NCBI GenBank assembly: GCA_963976395.1
Contig: CAXBLG010000008.1
Span: forward strand, 12,018 to 76,017
Source: an uncultured Rhodospirillaceae bacterium
GTDB taxonomy: Bacteria; Pseudomonadota; Alphaproteobacteria; Rhodospirillales; Rhodospirillaceae
Direction: 5' to 3'
DNA length: 64,000 bases
The translations under genes were made by a program, and so were the position numbers. How positions within the stretch are numbered: the stretch's first letter is position 1; the number at the start of each line of letters is the position of its first letter. This document shows, piece after piece, positions 54,272-64,000 of this stretch. The notes under the pieces are model-generated. The model ran no database searches. It had not been told where the DNA came from and saw nothing but the letters and a program-made list of their open reading frames with translations.

Positions 54272-55740
54272 AAGCCTCGAAAGTTGTTATCCTCGTTAAT
54301 CGTTTGAAAGACTTCCGCTGGGACGCCAAGGGCGCAACTCTTATGCGCACGCGCGATTATATAAACCTGCCACCGGATGCTTCGTTCAAGACGGCGACAA
54401 TCATAAACCTCAGCGGCGACTATCAATATCTTGGTTTTGGCTACTATTGCTCACTTCTCGCCCAGGCGCGCGGTCATCGTATTTTGCCGTCCACCAGTAC
54501 GATTGTGGACGTTCACTTGCATACGGAAGGTGGTACAACACTCGATATTCTCGAACGTACCCTGCGGCGTATTCTCAAGCGTGTCCGCAGTTTCCCAACC
54601 GATAAACCACTGATTCTCACTGTGATGTTTGGCCGTTGTCAGGACTCACGCTTTGAACGCCTCGCCCGCGAAGCGTTCGATCTGTTTCGCGCGCCCATTC
54701 TGAGGCTTCGAGCGGTTTATCGCGATGGCGAGTGGGTGCTCACCACTGCAAGCCGTTTATCGGTGAACGATATCAAAGCGGATCAGGATGAAGCGTTTGA
54801 GAATGCGCTCAGCGCCTATCTAAAGGTTGGTTGGCGCCCAGCCAAAACGCGCCGCGCGCCGCGCTACAGTCTCGCCATTTTGTATGATCCTAAAGATCCG
54901 CGCCCACCATCGAACAAGCGGGCGCTCGAGAAATTCGTCCGGATCGGCGAATCCATGGGCCTTGCCGTGGACCTCATCCGCAAACGCGACTTTTCTTTGG
55001 TGCCTCAGTACGATGCGCTGTTCATTCGTGAGACCACAGCCATTCATCACCATACGTACAGATTCGCCGTTAAAGCGGCGGAAGATGGTCTGGAGGTGAT
55101 TGATTCTCCCGCCGACATTTTACGGTGCGCGAATAAAGTGTTTTTGCACGAGTTGTTTACCGCCAACGGTGTGCCCACGCCGCAAACTTGGATTATTGAT
55201 CGACGGTTTTTAGATGAACACGATCTCGGTGAGTTTGAATTTCCACTCGTGCTCAAAATTCCAGATGGATCGTTTTCCACCGGCGTTTTCAAAGTGGATT
55301 CTCCCGAGACTTTGCGTCGCAAGGCTCTTGAGATGCTCAAGGCCTCGGACATTATACTCGCACAAGAATTTCTATACACTGAATACGATTGGCGCATCGG
55401 TCTTCTGGACGGCAAGCCGCTATTTGCCGTGCAATACAAGATGGCCCGTAATCACTGGCAAATTTATAAACACTCGGCATCGGGACGAGCGACCTCGGGC
55501 CCGTCGGTGACCGTTGGTGTCGAGCAGGTTCCGGCGGGCGTTATTGATGTTGCCGTCGCGGCCGGCGGATTAATTGGCAATAACCTCTACGGCGTTGATA
55601 TTAAGCAAACCGACAAAGGCTTGTTTGTGATTGAGGTTAACGATAATCCCAATATAGATGCGGGCGTAGAAGACGAAATTCTAAAAGACGCTCTGTATTT
55701 CCGTCTTCTCGATAGTTTCTATCAACGCATCCTGTCTTAG
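54268..55740 (+). CDS. RimK-type ATP-grasp ligase with a ~200-aa N-terminal RLAN-like domain
   Basis: 490 aa. The C-terminal ATP-grasp has PLVLKIPDGSFSTGV, ILAQEFLYTEYDWRIGLL and YGVDIKQTDKGLFVIEVNDNPNI. The N-terminal region (INLSGDYQYLGFGYYCSLLAQARGHRILPS) resembles the RimK-like ATP-grasp N-terminal domain. Confidence 0.8.
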   Translation: MKASKVVILVNRLKDFRWDAKGATLMRTRDYINLPPDASFKTATIINLSGDYQYLGFGYYCSLLAQARGHRILPSTSTIVDVHLHTEGGTTLDILERTLRRILKRVRSFPTDKPLILTVMFGRCQDSRFERLAREAFDLFRAPILRLRAVYRDGEWVLTTASRLSVNDIKADQDEAFENALSAYLKVGWRPAKTRRAPRYSLAILYDPKDPRPPSNKRALEKFVRIGESMGLAVDLIRKRDFSLVPQYDALFIRETTAIHHHTYRFAVKAAEDGLEVIDSPADILRCANKVFLHELFTANGVPTPQTWIIDRRFLDEHDLGEFEFPLVLKIPDGSFSTGVFKVDSPETLRRKALEMLKASDIILAQEFLYTEYDWRIGLLDGKPLFAVQYKMARNHWQIYKHSASGRATSGPSVTVGVEQVPAGVIDVAVAAGGLIGNNLYGVDIKQTDKGLFVIEVNDNPNIDAGVEDEILKDALYFRLLDSFYQRILS

Positions 55741-55765
55741 GGGTTCTCGTTTTGAAGGGTTCAAT

Positions 55766-56551
55766 GTGAAGATTGCACTTATTGGCAATGGCGCCATCGC
55801 CAAGCTCGTCTCTCAATTTTGCGCGGACCGCCAAGCCCGCTACACCCTGGTGGGTGCCCTCGGCCTGTCAGAAGATAGTGATTCGGTGGGAACTCATACA
55901 GTCGTATACACCCTTGAGGAGCTGCTCGCCTTTGCGCCGGACCTTGTTGTTGAATGTGCCGGTCATTCTGCTGTCAGTGCCTATGCGGTTCCGTTGTTGG
56001 AGCGGGGCGTTGATCAGATCATTGTTTCCACAGGTAGTCTTGCCGATGCCGAACTGCTCAAGACCATTACCGCTGCTGCGGAGAAATCCACGGCCAAAAT
56101 CAAATTGCCGGCGGGGGCGCTTCCCGGGGTCGATGCTCTATCATCGGCCAAGCTTGCGGGGCTTACCAAGGTGACTCTACGCTCCGCTAAACCGCCGCTG
56201 GCCTGGAAAGGCACCCCTGCAGAGTCGTCTCATGATTTGGACACCATTCAGGCCCCCGTGATCATTTTTTCCGGTACCGCGCGGGAGGCGGCAACCGCAT
56301 ATCCGAAAAATGCCAATGTGGCAGCCACGGCGGCATTGGCCGGAGTTGGATTTGAAAAGACGACGGTCGAGCTAGTGGCGGATCCTGGTCTCGCGCGTAA
56401 CACCCATCACCTCGAGGCCGAGGGCACCTTCGGCTCTATGAGTTTAGATATCGCGGGCAATCCGTCGCCGGATAATCCGAAAACATCGCATATGGCGGCG
56501 CTGTCCATCATGCGGCTGCTCGATAACGAAACCGCCGGCATCATTATTTGA
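55766..56551 (+). CDS. nadX: L-aspartate dehydrogenase
   Basis: MKIALIGNGAIA Rossmann start, PAGALPGVDALSS, AKPP, YPKNANVAAT, GFEKTTVELVADP...NTH and NPKTSHMAALS parallel Thermotoga NadX. Confidence 0.85.
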   Translation: MKIALIGNGAIAKLVSQFCADRQARYTLVGALGLSEDSDSVGTHTVVYTLEELLAFAPDLVVECAGHSAVSAYAVPLLERGVDQIIVSTGSLADAELLKTITAAAEKSTAKIKLPAGALPGVDALSSAKLAGLTKVTLRSAKPPLAWKGTPAESSHDLDTIQAPVIIFSGTAREAATAYPKNANVAATAALAGVGFEKTTVELVADPGLARNTHHLEAEGTFGSMSLDIAGNPSPDNPKTSHMAALSIMRLLDNETAGIII

Positions 56552-57284
56552 TGTACAGACAACCGGCGAGGGGGCCAAGCCTTGCCGCCCGTCCTAAGTT
56601 CACCCCTGCGCGCGATTGCACGTAAGGTCCGGGGTTGGACGCTGACCATTTGCGCGGGCTCGGCAGTATGGTTGCGAGCAATGCGGCTTCATACGCGGTG
56701 AGTTGAAGGGCGCTTTTGCCGAAGTGATGACGCGCGGCGGCCTCGGCACCATAAACGCCGGGACCCCACTCAACGATATTTAAGTAGACCTCAAGAATAC
56801 GCGTCTTGCTCCAAAGCGCTTCCACATAAAAAGTCAGCCAAGCTTCCAGGCCTTTGCGTAGCCAGGTGCGGCTTGGCCACAGAAAGGCATTCTTCGCGGT
56901 TTGTTGGCTGATGGTGCTGCCGCCGCGCAATGTTCCATCGTTGTCGCCGTAATTGGCCCAAGCATTTTTAAGGGCTTCAACGTCAAAACCAGAGTGCGAA
57001 CAAAAATTCTGGTCTTCCGCAGCGATGACGGCGCGCGCCAGTTGCGTCGATATACGGTCCAGCGGCACCCATTGGTAATTTCGAGGTTCTCCCTCCCAAC
57101 TACGGATGGCCATGAGAGGGGTGATCGGTGGCGGTGCAAACCGATAGACAAGTACAAAAAGGGCGGGCGCCAGCAGCATGACTGCCAGCGCCCATATAAT
57201 TATCTTGGAAAGCGGTAAGCGTTTATTAGACGTTCGCGGACGCGATATTCGATCCGTGCCCCGTGCCCGCAGTTTGCCGTTCAC
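56544..57284 (-). CDS. mtgA: Monofunctional biosynthetic peptidoglycan transglycosylase
   Basis: GT51 motifs RAVIAAEDQNFCSHSGFD, GGSTISQQTAKN, RKGLEAWLT and ILEVYLN, with one N-terminal TM segment. Confidence 0.9.
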   Translation of the reverse strand: MNGKLRARGTDRISRPRTSNKRLPLSKIIIWALAVMLLAPALFVLVYRFAPPPITPLMAIRSWEGEPRNYQWVPLDRISTQLARAVIAAEDQNFCSHSGFDVEALKNAWANYGDNDGTLRGGSTISQQTAKNAFLWPSRTWLRKGLEAWLTFYVEALWSKTRILEVYLNIVEWGPGVYGAEAAARHHFGKSALQLTAYEAALLATILPSPRKWSASNPGPYVQSRAGVNLGRAARLGPLAGCLYIK

Positions 57285-57302
57285 AATGTCCGCCCGTTAG
57301 TC

Positions 57303-59312
<2,010 letters not shown>

Positions 59313-59387
59313 TGCCGTGAGTATCAGGCGGCGAGGTCGGATGGTCAACCGCTGTTGGGTAAGGGAAAGCGCTGCATATATTTGAGT

Positions 59388-60908
59388 CTAGTGGGCATTT
59401 GCCATGGTGCCGATCTGGCGATATTCCAAGGCTCGTCCCCCGCTGTTGATTAAACGCGACCATTGCGCCGTAAACAGCGGAGGAAAGTCCCGGTGGCCGT
59501 CTGTGACGACAAAGGGCTCAAACTCGGCGCTTTCAAGGGCGTCTTCGCGTGTTTTCTCAGAGCACAGTATGGTGCTCTCGTCGGTATAAGCGGCAATGCT
59601 GACCGCGCGGGTGGTGCCCACAGAGATGTATTCTTCATTCACCTTTGCAGCGAGTTCGGTGTCTATGCCGACTCGGAGGCCGACGGTAAGGCTCGGGTTC
59701 TCTTTTGCGAATATATCGAGATACCCCTGGCACATCGTTGCTGCGCGAACAGCGGCCGCGGCGCTAGGAAAAACGGCAACAATTCCGCTTCCTAGATCAT
59801 GAAGCTCGCGGCCTTGGTAACGCTCCAACGCATTCCATATCGTAGAGTTATGCATTCGCACGACCCGTTGGCGGTCTTCTTCCGTCATGACATTGTCTTG
59901 AGAGGTTACGCCCACCGATGTCGCGAAGAACGTGACGTATTCAGGAACTTCGCAGATGACCTCCAGGGGCTGCCATTGTGCCAGGACGTTTTCCAAATCG
60001 GTCGCATCCGCCGTTCCGTCTGAGATAAACTGTGCCATGGCGCGATACCCGGCATCTATTGGCCCGCGAAAGTGAGGAACTTGAGAAAACACATTGGCAT
60101 TAGTGGCAAAGGCTTCTGCTGTTTGTTTCCCGACACCCAATAGCGTTAGCATTGAGACAAGAAGGTTTTTCCCCTGATCTGCGGATAGCAGATACTGCTG
60201 GGTCAGTTCTCCGCAAGCGCCGGCAAGGAAGAGGTGCTGACCATACTTTGAAAACGGTGAAAAGGTCTCGCCGGTCTCATCAAGAGCATCAGCAACAATT
60301 CGAGCGAAAAGTGTAGCGTCGGTAACTGTGGTGTTTTGTGTTAGCGTGTCGGCGTTAGCGCCCATCTCGGCCATTGCCGACGGCGCCTCCCCGTTTTCAG
60401 TGATACGGATTTCTGGCGACTGATTGGTTTCAGTGCTGAAGGTTCCTGTAAGGGTTTCAAATGGTGCCGGTTTTGCTTCGTACTCCTCACCGGGTTTGCT
60501 GGGCTCTGGTTTTCCGTCTCCGTTTGATTGATCGGAATCTTCAGTGGTTTTAAAGATCGGATCGAACGACGGCTCGCCGACAACGGCCCATTCATCGTCA
60601 GACTGACCTTGCCTTCTAGATCGCGCACGGTTGGCGGCGGCCTCTGGCCGTTGGTTGCCAAGATGTTTCCGTATAAATTCTAGAACCGAATATGTGGTCA
60701 GCACTACGACGAGAAAAATAATCGCCAAGAACGTGCGAAACTGATCTCCTTCAAGATCAATTCCGCTTCGGCGCTCTAGCCACAATAGAAGAACCGCGCA
60801 GATGCCGGTTACGATTAATCCCAGGCATATCGCGTTCAGTAAGGTTCGAATGGATGCGGACGATGAAAGGCCGTCGCTATCGAGTTTTGGCGAGGAGGTA
60901 TTGAGCAT
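59388..60908 (-). CDS. Membrane protein with an acidic disordered linker, an unknown middle domain and a catalytically degenerate class III cyclase-homology domain
   Basis: 506 aa with 2 N-terminal TM helices. The C-terminal ~170 aa align by eye to the cyclase fold: YVTFFATSVGVTS (for FADIxGFT), LHDLGSGIVAVFPS (for K.IGDG.MAVF), LRVGIDTE (for RIGIHTG), GTTRAVSIAAY (for GDTVN.A.R). Both metal Asp, the Asn and the Arg are all substituted. Confidence 0.55.
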   Translation of the reverse strand: MLNTSSPKLDSDGLSSSASIRTLLNAICLGLIVTGICAVLLLWLERRSGIDLEGDQFRTFLAIIFLVVVLTTYSVLEFIRKHLGNQRPEAAANRARSRRQGQSDDEWAVVGEPSFDPIFKTTEDSDQSNGDGKPEPSKPGEEYEAKPAPFETLTGTFSTETNQSPEIRITENGEAPSAMAEMGANADTLTQNTTVTDATLFARIVADALDETGETFSPFSKYGQHLFLAGACGELTQQYLLSADQGKNLLVSMLTLLGVGKQTAEAFATNANVFSQVPHFRGPIDAGYRAMAQFISDGTADATDLENVLAQWQPLEVICEVPEYVTFFATSVGVTSQDNVMTEEDRQRVVRMHNSTIWNALERYQGRELHDLGSGIVAVFPSAAAAVRAATMCQGYLDIFAKENPSLTVGLRVGIDTELAAKVNEEYISVGTTRAVSIAAYTDESTILCSEKTREDALESAEFEPFVVTDGHRDFPPLFTAQWSRLINSGGRALEYRQIGTMANAH

Positions 60909-61108
60909 AACGGCTCACAACAAACTGACACACTATAGGTATGACGCTGGGTTCACGCCCTCCCAAACGCGACTCCCACAGCCATACCTAAGTGTGCAAT
61001 TCTATGAGTGCTTTGCAACAACATTTAAATCTAAAATAGAATTTATAATGCTGCGGTAATTAGTCCCAATCTTAGGTTTAATTATACCCTCGTAAATATC
61101 CTTATGGA

Positions 61109-62383
61109 TTAGGCAGCGCGCGGCTTGCGGCCCCAGGACTTTCCGCCGTTGCCACCGCCGCCACTGCGTCGGTTGTTCCGGCCTCTACGCTGAGGGGCTT
61201 CCTCGGACGTCCCGCCGGTCATAGCAACCTTACCGTGGTAGGCGTGGGTAACGTCCACCGGAATCGATTGGCGAATGGCGCGTTCAATGGCCCGCAACTG
61301 GCCACGCTCGCTGGCATCACAGAATGAAAGCGCAATGCCTTCCGAGCCCGCCCGAGCCGTACGGCCAATGCGGTGCACGTAACTTTCCGGCTCCATAGGC
61401 AGTTCAAAATTAATCACGTGCGAAATGTTATCAACATCAATGCCTCTTGCAGCGATGTCTGTTGCGACAAGCACTCGCACTTTACCGTCTTTAAATGCGG
61501 CCAAACTTCTCTGCCGGGCCCCTTGAGACTTGTTGCCGTGGATGGCGTCCGCCGCAACGCCGGTTTTCTGTAACTGTTCGGCGACGCGGTTGGCGCAGTG
61601 CTTGGTGCGCGTAAAGACAATCGCGCGGCTAACAGAGGCGTCCTTCAAAACGTCGCCAAGCAGGCTGCGCTTGTCTTCCTTCGCCACGAGCATGACGCGC
61701 TGGGCAATACGTTCGACGGTGGTGGACTGGGGAGTCACCTCTACACGGGCGAAGTCTTTCAGAAGGCCCTTCACCAATCCGTCGACGGCGCTCGGCATTG
61801 TGGCCGAGAACAACAATGTTTGCCGCTTTGCCGGTACTTTTGCGGCAATGGTGCGGACATCGCGGATGAACCCCATGTCGAGCATACGGTCGGCTTCATC
61901 AAGAACAAAAATTTCGACCGAACACAGATCAATATGACGTTGGTTCATGAGATCGAGCAAACGTCCCGGTGTTGCCACCAGGATATCTATGCCTTGACGT
62001 AGCGCGCCCACCTGCGGTCTTTGGCTTACACCCCCAAAAACAACGGCACGTTTTAGGTTTAGATGGCGGCCGTAAGTTTTAAAACCTTCGTCGATTTGCA
62101 GCGCGAGTTCGCGCGTCGGAGTCAGGATCAAGGCGCGGGTGCTCTTCGGCATGGCCTTGCGCGGGTTTTCCGACAAACGTTGCAAAATCGGCAGCGCAAA
62201 AGCGGCCGTCTTGCCGGTGCCTGTTTGAGCGATGCCCAACACGTCGCGGCCTTGCAGCAGATAAGGTATGGTTTCGGCTTGGATAGGGGTAGGAACCGTA
62301 TAGCCTTCAGCGGTCACGGCGCGCAAAATCGCATCGGTCAAGCCGAGTTCAGAAAAATTAGTCATAGGTATTTTAGCTTTCAA
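61109..62383 (-). CDS. rhlE: DEAD-box ATP-dependent RNA helicase (RhlE type) with an RGG-rich tail
   Basis: Q-motif region [42 protein letters not shown]. The track start at 62383 is TTG. ATG 62365 (MTNFSELGL) is an equally plausible start. Confidence 0.9.
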   Translation of the reverse strand: MKAKIPMTNFSELGLTDAILRAVTAEGYTVPTPIQAETIPYLLQGRDVLGIAQTGTGKTAAFALPILQRLSENPRKAMPKSTRALILTPTRELALQIDEGFKTYGRHLNLKRAVVFGGVSQRPQVGALRQGIDILVATPGRLLDLMNQRHIDLCSVEIFVLDEADRMLDMGFIRDVRTIAAKVPAKRQTLLFSATMPSAVDGLVKGLLKDFARVEVTPQSTTVERIAQRVMLVAKEDKRSLLGDVLKDASVSRAIVFTRTKHCANRVAEQLQKTGVAADAIHGNKSQGARQRSLAAFKDGKVRVLVATDIAARGIDVDNISHVINFELPMEPESYVHRIGRTARAGSEGIALSFCDASERGQLRAIERAIRQSIPVDVTHAYHGKVAMTGGTSEEAPQRRGRNNRRSGGGGNGGKSWGRKPRAA

Positions 62384-62624
62384 AAAATATGCATGTGCGT
62401 TCGCACAGTCCTGCGCCGAACCGACTTAAGAGTCAGGGCAGCGGGGCATCGAACGGTCTGCTGTAACCCGGTGGGCACGCAACCGACGGGAGGGAGAATA
62501 AAACTTCTCAGGAGACGGTGCCGCGTCGGCCTGAAGGCCGGGGCGGGCATCTGCGCGCGTATCGCGAGACGTTGTCCACATGATGCGGATGGCGCTCAGT
62601 ACGTGTTTAAACAAGCGCCGTCAA

Positions 62625-63098
62625 TTACTTTCCGCGTTTCAAGGCTTGTATGGAGGCTTCCAGAACGTCCAGAAACCGCGAACGGTCCCGTTTGGTAAAG
62701 GGTGCTGGACCGCCGGTGATCTCGCCTGTTTCACGTAAATGGGCAGACAAATCGCGCATGGCCACCGCCATGCCGATGGCGTCTTGCCCTAGAGGTTTTC
62801 CGTTGGGCCGAAGAACTTTCGCGCCCTTTTCGACGCAGCGTGCTGCAAGGGGGATGTCGGACGTTATGACAATGTCGCCGAGAACAACTTGTTCAGCAAT
62901 CCAGTCGTCTGCCGCATCGGCGCCCTCGGCCACCGTGATCTTGCGCACCAAGGGGTGCTCAGAACCGCGCATCCACGTGTTGCTGACTAGAGTGACCGGT
63001 ATTCCGTGCCGATCTGCCACGCGAACGACTTCTTCTTTGACCGGGCAGGCATCGGCATCAATGTAGATATTCAATGTGAGTCTCGCTACCGCATGCAC
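62625..63098 (-). CDS. yaiI: YaiI/YqxD family protein (UPF0178, DUF188)
   Basis: IYIDADACPVKEEV, DIVITSDIPLAARCVEKGA and TGGPAPFTKRDRSRF parallel E. coli YaiI. Confidence 0.85.
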   Translation of the reverse strand: MHAVARLTLNIYIDADACPVKEEVVRVADRHGIPVTLVSNTWMRGSEHPLVRKITVAEGADAADDWIAEQVVLGDIVITSDIPLAARCVEKGAKVLRPNGKPLGQDAIGMAVAMRDLSAHLRETGEITGGPAPFTKRDRSRFLDVLEASIQALKRGK

Positions 63099-63107
63099 GT
63101 CTGCGCG

Positions 63108-64000
63108 TCAGAGTGCGCCAATGACGTAGTCCAGCAGCAGATAGGCCGCGAGCATCGCCACCGCCCAGAACACCATTCGACCGGTTGGGTGATTACGGGC
63201 GAGTACGCCGCCCGGCCCGTGGAAGTGGCGCACGGTCTCAACAACTTTGCGGCCACCGTTCGCGAGATCGGTGATGATGCTGTCGCGCGCGAGACCGGCG
63301 TTTTCCACCAACTCCGTGCTGATGCGTTTACCCCAGCGGCGGTATACCCAGTCGAGGTCTAGGGTCAGGGATTCGACCAGATGCCAGCCGTAAAACCGCA
63401 GCCATAGGAAGAAGGCCAAGCCCGAGAACAACAGCAACTGCGCCTGCCCGATTACGTGTGCGCCGGTGTAAGGCTGATAGTCCGTGGCAAACGGCAGGAG
63501 TTGATAAAACAGGCTCGGGAAAACGCCGATGCCGATGCACAGCGCGGCAAAGAAAATCATGGCAAGGCGCATATGTATAGGTGGCTCGGGTGGGCGCTGG
63601 CCGGAATCCTTGCCGAAGAATACGAAGTACTGAAGTTTGATCCCAACATCGAGGAACACGCCGGCGGTGCCTGCGGCCATCAAATACCACACCCAAATAA
63701 GCCCTTCGTGCAGGGCCGCGTCCGACATCATTGCTTTGGCGACAAAGCCGGAGGTGAGCGGAAAGGCCGAGATCGAAAGACCACCGATGATGCAGCAAAT
63801 AGTGGTCAGAGGCATGCTGCGCGCCAGTCCGCCGTATTCGGTGAACTTGCGCTTGCCGGTCATCAGAAAGACCGAGCCGACGGACATAATGAGCAGCGCT
63901 TTATAAATAATGTGCGCGAACGCGTGCGCCACCGCGCCGTTCAACGCGAGTTCGGTGCCGATACCGATACCGGTGACCATGAATCCCACCTGATTGACGA
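63108..64000 (-). CDS. Proton-translocating antiporter-like subunit (MnhD/MrpD - NuoN/NuoL family), C-terminal part; 5' end outside the window
   Basis: The ORF is open to the window edge. Polytopic membrane sequence with the family block AHIIYKALLIMSVGSV ... GGLSISAFPLTSGFVAK. Confidence 0.75.
   Translation of the reverse strand, partial: VNQVGFMVTGIGIGTELALNGAVAHAFAHIIYKALLIMSVGSVFLMTGKRKFTEYGGLARSMPLTTICCIIGGLSISAFPLTSGFVAKAMMSDAALHEGLIWVWYLMAAGTAGVFLDVGIKLQYFVFFGKDSGQRPPEPPIHMRLAMIFFAALCIGIGVFPSLFYQLLPFATDYQPYTGAHVIGQAQLLLFSGLAFFLWLRFYGWHLVESLTLDLDWVYRRWGKRISTELVENAGLARDSIITDLANGGRKVVETVRHFHGPGGVLARNHPTGRMVFWAVAMLAAYLLLDYVIGAL

Overview
This is a gene-dense (about 90% coding), moderately GC-rich 64-kb chromosomal segment. 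I call about 65 protein-coding genes. I see no rRNA, tRNA, CRISPR array, transposase, integrase or phage genes. The marker content points to an alphaproteobacterium: an Irr regulator next to a perfect ICE box, a two-domain cold-shock protein, IalB-like and PAS_5-type proteins, a zinc-ribbon DinB, and a BI-1/YbhL-type gene with a long structured leader.

Gene order:
- COG4315 lipoprotein (5'-cut), TPR-methyltransferase, BI-1/YccA.
- tesA/ybbA/ybbP-type module.
- thpR, fructosamine kinase, LMW-PTP, cobB, UDG-family.
- Degenerate cyclase-like ORF, zincin, phhB, DMT transporter.
- CoA-ester catabolic cluster: RipA-like CoA-transferase, frameshifted scoA, scoB, CitE-like lyase, MaoC hydratase, BKACE.
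- TrmH-family methyltransferase, IalB-like, pabC-pabB, 2-hydroxyacid dehydrogenase, SH3 protein.
- DUF3501 / HdrD-like Fe-S protein / rubrerythrin, preceded by an ICE box and irr.
- 2xCSD cold-shock protein, glpK.
- cNMP-binding/TPR-like 666-aa protein, marR, small ORF, fasciclin, FAH.
- Peptide/glutathione-type ABC importer plus ggt, VOC, PAS_5, degenerate-GGDEF/EAL protein.
- sufE, arfB, Atm1/MsbA-like exporter, dinB.
- coxG-coxS-coxM (no coxL), HCCA-isomerase-like, two tandem DUF1499 paralogs.
- GNAT plus RimK-like ATP-grasp, nadX, mtgA.
- thiC with a TPP riboswitch, membrane pseudo-cyclase, rhlE, yaiI, 3' part of an MnhD/NuoN-like gene.

Candidates for something new, best first:
1. The 666-aa cyclic-nucleotide-binding / alpha-beta / TPR-like protein. 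It sits downstream of marR, and both genes are preceded by the same 10-bp palindrome.
2. The irr / ICE / rubrerythrin / HdrD-like / DUF3501 module.
3. A G8/G9-containing stem-loop between csp and irr.
4. The mixed RipABC-like plus BKACE plus ScoAB cluster with a broken scoA.
5. GNAT plus RimK-like (RLAN-type) ATP-grasp plus NadX downstream of the duplicated DUF1499 genes.
6. Two catalytically degenerate class III cyclase-homology proteins.

All functional calls are motif and family recognition by eye from the supplied translations. No database search, covariance model or structure prediction was run.
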